Shown here: piece after piece, positions 56,901-64,000 of the stretch | Numbering within the stretch: position 1 is the stretch's first letter | Layout of the letters: the number at the start of each line of letters is the position of its first letter | Assembly (NCBI GenBank): GCA_964016885.1 | Contig: OZ024747.1 | Coordinates: 42,718,001-42,782,000 of the forward strand | Direction of reading: 5' to 3' | Origin: Eledone cirrhosa | Lineage: Eukaryota | DNA length: 64,000 bases | Notes under the pieces: generated by a model | The model's database searches: none | Told to the model about the DNA's origin: nothing | Seen by the model: only the letters and a program-made list of their open reading frames with translations | Translations under genes and position numbers: made by a program

Positions 56901-59900
56901 CTGTTATGATGTGACAATCGTAACTGTCATGATTTGACAATAGTAACTGTCATGATGTGACAATAGTAACTGTTATGATGTGACAATAGTAACTGTCATG
57001 ATGTGACAATAGTAACTGTCATGATGTGACAATAGTAACTGTCATGATGTGACAATGGTAAATGTTATGATGTGACAATAGTAACTGTCATGATGTGACA
57101 ATAGTAACTGTTATGATGTGACAATAGTAACTGTCATGATGTGACAATAACTGTTATGATGTGACAATAGTAACTGTCATGATGTGACAATAGTAAGTGT
57201 CATGATGTGACAATAGTAACTATCATGATGTGACAATAGTAACTATCATGATGTGACAATAGTAACTGTCATGATGTGACAATAGTAACTGTCATGATGT
57301 GACAATAGTAACTGTCATGATGTGACAATAGTAAATGTCATGATGTGACAATAGTAACTGTCATGATGTGACAATAGTAACTGTCAGGATGTGACAATGG
57401 TAAATGATATGATGTGACAATAGTAACTGTCATGATGTGACAATAGTAACTGTCATGATGTGACAATAGTAACTGTCATGATGTGACAATAGTAACTGTT
57501 ATAATGTGACAATAGTAACTGTCATGATGTGACAATAGTATCTGTCATGATGTGACAATAGTAAATGTCATGATGTGACAATAGTAACTGTTATGATGTG
57601 ACAATAGTAACTGTTATGCTGTGACAATAGTAACTGTTATGATGTGACAATAGTAACTGTCATGATGTGACAATAGTAACTGTCATGATGTGACAATAGT
57701 AACTGTCATGATGTGACAATAGTAACTGTCATGATGTGACAATAGTAACTGTTATGATGTGACAATAGTAAATGTCATGATGTGACAATAGTAACTGTTA
57801 TGATGTGACAATAGTAACTGTCATGATGTGACAATAGTAACTGTCATGATGTGACAATAGTAAGTGTCATGATGTGAAAATAGTAACTGTCATGATGTGA
57901 CAATAGTAACTGTCATGATGTGACAATAGTATCTGTCATGATGTGACAATAGTAAATGTCATGATGTGACAATAGTAACTGTCATGATGTGACAATAGTA
58001 ACTTATGATGTGACAATAGTAATTGTCATGATGTGACAATAGTAACTGTCATGATGTGACAATAGTAACTGTCATGATGTGACAATAGTAACTGTCATGA
58101 TGTGACAATAGTAACTGTCATGATGTGACAATAGTAAATGTTATGATGTGACAATAGTAACTGTCATGATGTGACAATAGTAACTGTTATGATGTGACAA
58201 TAGTAACTGTTATGATGTGACAATAGTAACTGTCATGATGTGACAATAGTAACTGTCATGATGTGACAATAGTATCTGTCATGATGTGACAATAGTAACT
58301 GTCATGATGTGACAATAGTAACTGTCATGATGTGACAATAGTAACTGTCATGATGTGACAATAGTAACTGTCATGATGTGACAATAGTAACTGTCATGAT
58401 GTGACAATAGTAACTGTCATGATGTGACAATAGTAACTGTCATGATGTGACAATAGTAACTGTCATGATGTGACAATAGTAAATGTTATGATGTGACAAT
58501 AGTAACTGTCATGATGTGACAATAGTAACTGTCATGATGTGACAATAGTAACTGTTATGATGTGACAATAGTAACTGTCATGATGTGACAATAGTAACTG
58601 TCATGATGTGACAATAGTAACTGTCATGATGTGACAATAGTAACTGTCATGATGTGACAATAGTAACTGTCATGATGTGACAATAGTAAGTGTCATGATG
58701 TGACAATAGTAACTGTCATGATGTGACAATAGTAAATGTCATGATGTGACAATAGTAACTGTCATGATGTGACAATAGTAACTGTCATGATGTGACAATA
58801 GTAACTGTCATGATGTGACAATAGTAACTGTTATGATGTGACAATAGTAACTGTTATGATGTGACAATCGTAACTGTCATGATTTGACAATAGTAACTGT
58901 CATGATGTGACAATAGTAACTGTCATGATGTGACAATAGTAACTGTCATGATGTGACAATGGTAAATGTTATGATGTGACAATAGTAACTGTCATGATGT
59001 GACAATAGTAACTGTTATGATGTGACAATAGTAACTGTCATGATGTGACAATAACTGTTATGATGTGACAATAGTAACTGTCATGATGTGACAATAGTAA
59101 CTGTCATGATGTGACAATAGTAACTGTCATGATGTGACAATAGTAACTGTCATGATGTGACAATAGTAACTGTCATGATGTGACAATAGTAACTGTCATG
59201 ATGTGACAATAGTAACTATCATGATGTGACAATAGTAACTGTCATGATGTGACAATAGTAACTGTCATGATGTGACAATAGTAACTGTCATGATGTGACA
59301 ATAGTAACTGTCATGATGTGACAATAGTAACTGTCATGATGTGACAATAGTAAATGTCATGATGTGACAATAGTAACTGTCATGATGTGACAATAGTAAC
59401 TGTCATGATGTGACAATGGTAAATGATATGATGTGACAATAGTAACTGTCATGATGTGACAATAGTAACTGTCATGATGTGACAATAGTAACTGTCATGA
59501 TGTGACAATAGTAACTATCATGATGTGACAATAGTAAATGTTATGATGTGACAATAGTAAATGTTATGATGTGACAATAGTAACGGTCATGATGTGACAA
59601 TAGTAACTGTCATGATGTGACAATAGTAACTGTTATGATGTGACAATAGTAACTGTCATGATGTGACAATAGTAACTGTTATGATGTGACAATAGTAACT
59701 GTCATGATGTGACAATAGTAACTGTCATGATGTGACAATAGTAACTGTCATGATGTGACAATAGTAAATGTCATGATGTGACAATAGTAACTGTCATGAT
59801 GTAACAATAGTAAATGTCATGATGTGACAATAGTAACTGTCATGATGTAACAATAGTAAATGTCATGATGTGACAATAGTAACTGTTATGATGTGACAAT

Positions 59901-62900
59901 AGTAACTGTCATGATGTGACAATAGTAACTGTCATGATGTGACAATAGTAACTGTCATGATGTAACAATAGTAAATGTCATGATGTAACAATAATAAATG
60001 TTATGATGTAACAATAGTAACTGTCATGATGTGACAATAGTAACTGTCATGATGTAACAATAGTAAATGTCATGATGTGACAGTAGTAACTGTCATGATG
60101 TGACAATAGTAACTGTTATGATGTGACAATAGTAACTGTCATGATGTGACAATAGTAACTGTCATGATGTGACAATAGTAACTGTCATGATGTGACAATA
60201 GTAACTGTCATGATTTGACAATAGTAACTGTTATGATGTGACAATAGTAACTGTCATGATGTGACAATAGTAACTGTTATGATGTGACAATAGTAACTGT
60301 TATGATGTGACAATAGTAACTGTCATGATGTGACAATAGTAACTGTCATGATGTGACAATAGTGACTGTCATGATGTGACAATAGTAACAGTCATGATGT
60401 GACAATAGTAACTGTCATGATGTGACAATAGTAACTGTCATGATGTGACAATAGTAACTGTCATGATGTGACAATAGTAACTGTTATGAGGTGACAATAG
60501 TAAATGCCATGATGTGACAATAGTAACTGTCATGATGTAACAATAGTAAATGTCATGATGTAACAATAATAAATGTTATGATGTAACAATAGTAACTGTC
60601 ATGATGTGACAATAGTAACTGTTATGATGTGACAATAGTAACTGTCATGATGTGACAATAGTAACTGTCATGATGTGACAATAGTAACTGTCATGATGTG
60701 ACAATAGTAACTGTCATGATGTGACAATAGTAACTGTTATGATGTGACAATAGTAACTGTCATGATGTGACAATAGTAACTGTTATGATGTGACAATAGT
60801 AACTGTTATGATGTGACAATAGTAACTGTCATGATGTGACAATAGTAACTGTCATGATGTGACAATAGTGACTGTCATGATGTGACAATAGTAACAGTCA
60901 TGATGTGACAATAGTAACTGTCATGATGTGACAATAGTAACTGTCATGATGTGACAATAGTAACTGTCATGATGTGACAATAGTAACTGTTATGAGGTGA
61001 CAATAGTAAATGCCATGATGTGACAATAGTAACTGTCATGATGTGACAATAGTAACTGTCATGATGTGACAATAGTAACTGTTATGATGTGACAATAGTA
61101 ACTGTTATGATGTGACAATCGTAACTGTCATGATGTGACAATAGTAACTGTCATGATGTGACAATAGTAACTGTCATGATGTGACAATAGTAACTGTCAT
61201 GATGTGACAATGGTAAATGTTATGATGTGACAATAGTAACTGTCATGATGTGACAATAGTAACTGTTATGATGTGACAATAGTAACTGTCATGATGTGAC
61301 AATAACTGTTATGATGTGACAATAGTAACTGTCATGATGTGACAATAGTAACTGTCATGATGTGACAATAGTAACTGTCATGATGTGACAATAGTAACTG
61401 TCATGATGTGACAATAGTAACTGTCATGATGTGACAATAGTAACTGTCATGATGTGACAATAGTAACTATCATGATGTGACAATAGTAACTGTCATGATG
61501 TGACAATAGTAACTGTCATGATGTGACAATAGTAACTGTCATGATGTGACAATAGTAAATGTCATGATGTGACAATAGTAACTGTCATGATGTGACAATA
61601 GTAACTGTCATGATGTGACAATGGTAAATGATATGATGTGACAATAGTAACTGTCATGATGTGACAATAGTAACTGTCATGATGTGACAATAGTAACTGT
61701 CATGATGTGACAATAGTAACTATCATGATGTGACAATAGTAAATGTTATGATGTGACAATAGTAAATGTTATGATGAGACAATAGTAACGGTCATGATGT
61801 GACAATAGTAACTGTCATGATGTGACAATAGTAACTGTTATGATGTGACAATAGTAACTGTCATGATGTGACAATAGTAACTGTTATGATGTGACAATAG
61901 TAACTGTCATGATGTGACAATAGTAACTGTCATGATGTGACAATAGTAACTGTCATGATGTAACAATAGTAAATGTCATGATGTAACAATAATAAATGTT
62001 ATGATGTAACAATAGTAACTGTCATGATGTGACAATAGTAACTGTCATGATGTAACAATAGTAAATGTCATGATGTGACAGTAGTAACTGTCATGATGTG
62101 ACAATAGTAACTGTTATGATGTGACAATAGTAACTGTCATGATGTGACAATAGTAACTGTCATGATGTGACAATAGTAACTGTCATGATGTGACAATAGT
62201 AACTGTCATGATGTGACAATAGTAACTGTTATGATGTGACAATAGTAACTGTCATGATGTGACAATAGTAACTGTTATGATGTGACAATAGTAACTGTTA
62301 TGATGTGACAATAGTAACTGTCATGATGTGACAATAGTAACTGTCATGATGTGACAATAGTGACTGTCATGATGTGACAATAGTAACAGTCATGATGTGA
62401 CAATAGTAACTGTCATGATGTGACAATAGTAACTGTCATGATGTGACAATAGTAACTGTCATGATGTGACAATAGTAACTGTCATGATGTGACAATAGTA
62501 ACTATTATGAGGTGACAATAGTAAATGCCATGATGTGACAATAGTAACTGTCATGATGTGACAATAGTAACTGTCATGATGTGACAATAGTAACTGTCAT
62601 GATGTGACAATAGTAACTGTCATGATGTGACAATAGTAACTGTCATGATGTGACAATAGTAACTGTCATGATGTGACAATAGTAACTATCATGATGTGAC
62701 AATAGTAAATGTTATGATGTGACAATAGTAAATGTTATGATGTGACAATAGTAACGGTCAATGATGTGACAATAGTAACTGTCATGATGTGACAATAGTA
62801 ACTGTTATGATGTGACAATAGTAACTGTCATGATGTGACAATAGTAACTGTTATGATGTGACAATAGTAACTGTCATGATGTGACAATAGTAACTGTCAT

Positions 62901-64000
62901 GATGTGACAATAGTAACTGTCATGATGTGACAATAGTAACTGTCATGATGTGACAATAGTAACTGTCATGATGTAACAATAGTAAATGTCATGATGTGAC
63001 AATAGTAACTGTTATGATGTGACAACAGTAACTGTCATGATGTGACAATAGTAACTGTTATGATGGGACAATAGTAACTGTCATGATGTGACAATAGTAA
63101 CTGTCATGATGTGACAATAGTAACTGTCATGATGTAACAATAGTAACTGTCATGATGTGACAATAGTAAATGTCATGATGTAACAATAGTAACTGTCATG
63201 ATGTGACAATAGTAACTATCATGATGTGACAATAGTAACTGTCATGATGTGACAATAGTAACTGTCATGATGTGACAATAGTAACTGTCATGATGTGACA
63301 ATAGTAAATGTCATGATGTGACAATAGTAACTGTCATGATGTGACAATAGTAACTGTCATGATGTGACAATGGTAAATGATATGATGTGACAATAGTAAC
63401 TGTCATGATGTGACAATAGTAACTGTCATGATGTGACAATAGTAACTGTCATGATGTGACAATAGTAACTATCATGATGTGACAATAGTAAATGTTATGA
63501 TGTGACAATAGTAAATGTTATGATGAGACAATAGTAACGGTCATGATGTGACAATAGTAACTGTCATGATGTGACAATAGTAACTGTTATGATGTGACAA
63601 TAGTAACTGTCATGATGTGACAATAGTAACTGTTATGATGTGACAATAGTAACTGTCATGATGTGACAATAGTAACTGTCATGATGTGACAATAGTAACT
63701 GTCATGATGTAACAATAGTAAATGTCATGATGTAACAATAATAAATGTTATGATGTAACAATAGTAACTGTCATGATGTGACAATAGTAACTGTCATGAT
63801 GTAACAATAGTAAATGTCATGATGTGACAGTAGTAACTGTCATGATGTGACAATAGTAACTGTTATGATGTGACAATAGTAACTGTCATGATGTGACAAT
63901 AGTAACTGTCATGATGTGACAATAGTAACTGTCATGATGTGACAATAGTAACTGTCATGATGTGACAATAGTAACTGTTATGATGTGACAATAGTAACTG
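26999..64000. repeat. 23-bp tandem satellite array (GTAACTGTCATGATGTGACAATA)n, about 1,600 units, running off the window
   Basis: Continuous head-to-tail units with recurrent variants (GTTATG, AAATGT, GTATCT, AACTTATG, TACGATGTGACAGTATC); no spacers and no insertions seen. Confidence 0.99.

Noticed and set aside
26999-64000. CRISPR array (short partly palindromic repeat)
   Set aside because: Units are head-to-tail with no unique spacers, there are no cas genes, and the context is eukaryotic.
26999-64000. Repetitive protein-coding region or canonical telomere
   Set aside because: The 23-bp period puts stop codons into every frame on both strands, and there is no TTAGGG-like G-rich strand.

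Overview
AT-rich, repeat-dominated eukaryotic DNA with no intact host gene. The SINE, LINE and Helitron content resembles a coleoid cephalopod such as Octopus; this is inferred, not database-checked. Bases 1-26.8 kb are long interrupted (AT)n microsatellites separating islands of mobile-element debris: two 5'-truncated RTE-clade LINE copies carrying a PHD finger, CR1 and other RTE 3' fragments, a Penelope-like GIY-YIG endonuclease fragment, about eight tRNA-derived SINEs, a piggyBac-type MITE and two copies of a non-autonomous Helitron. After a 200-N gap, 27-64 kb is one 23-bp satellite array (about 1,600 units) with higher-order structure, including a 9,047-bp duplication. The most notable signal is a cluster of hammerhead ribozyme motifs in the islands between the (AT)n arrays: 2183-2229 (-), 3186-3259 (+), 7916-7960 (-) and a possible half-motif near 9020. 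The 7916-7960 motif has a fully canonical core and sits in the loop of a 183-bp near-perfect inverted repeat, giving a long fold-back RNA capped by a predicted self-cleaving ribozyme. A frameshifted polyQ plus tandem CCCH zinc-finger reading frame lies at 1-794 (-). The long Tyr/Ile-rich ORFs in the ORF track are microsatellite artefacts.
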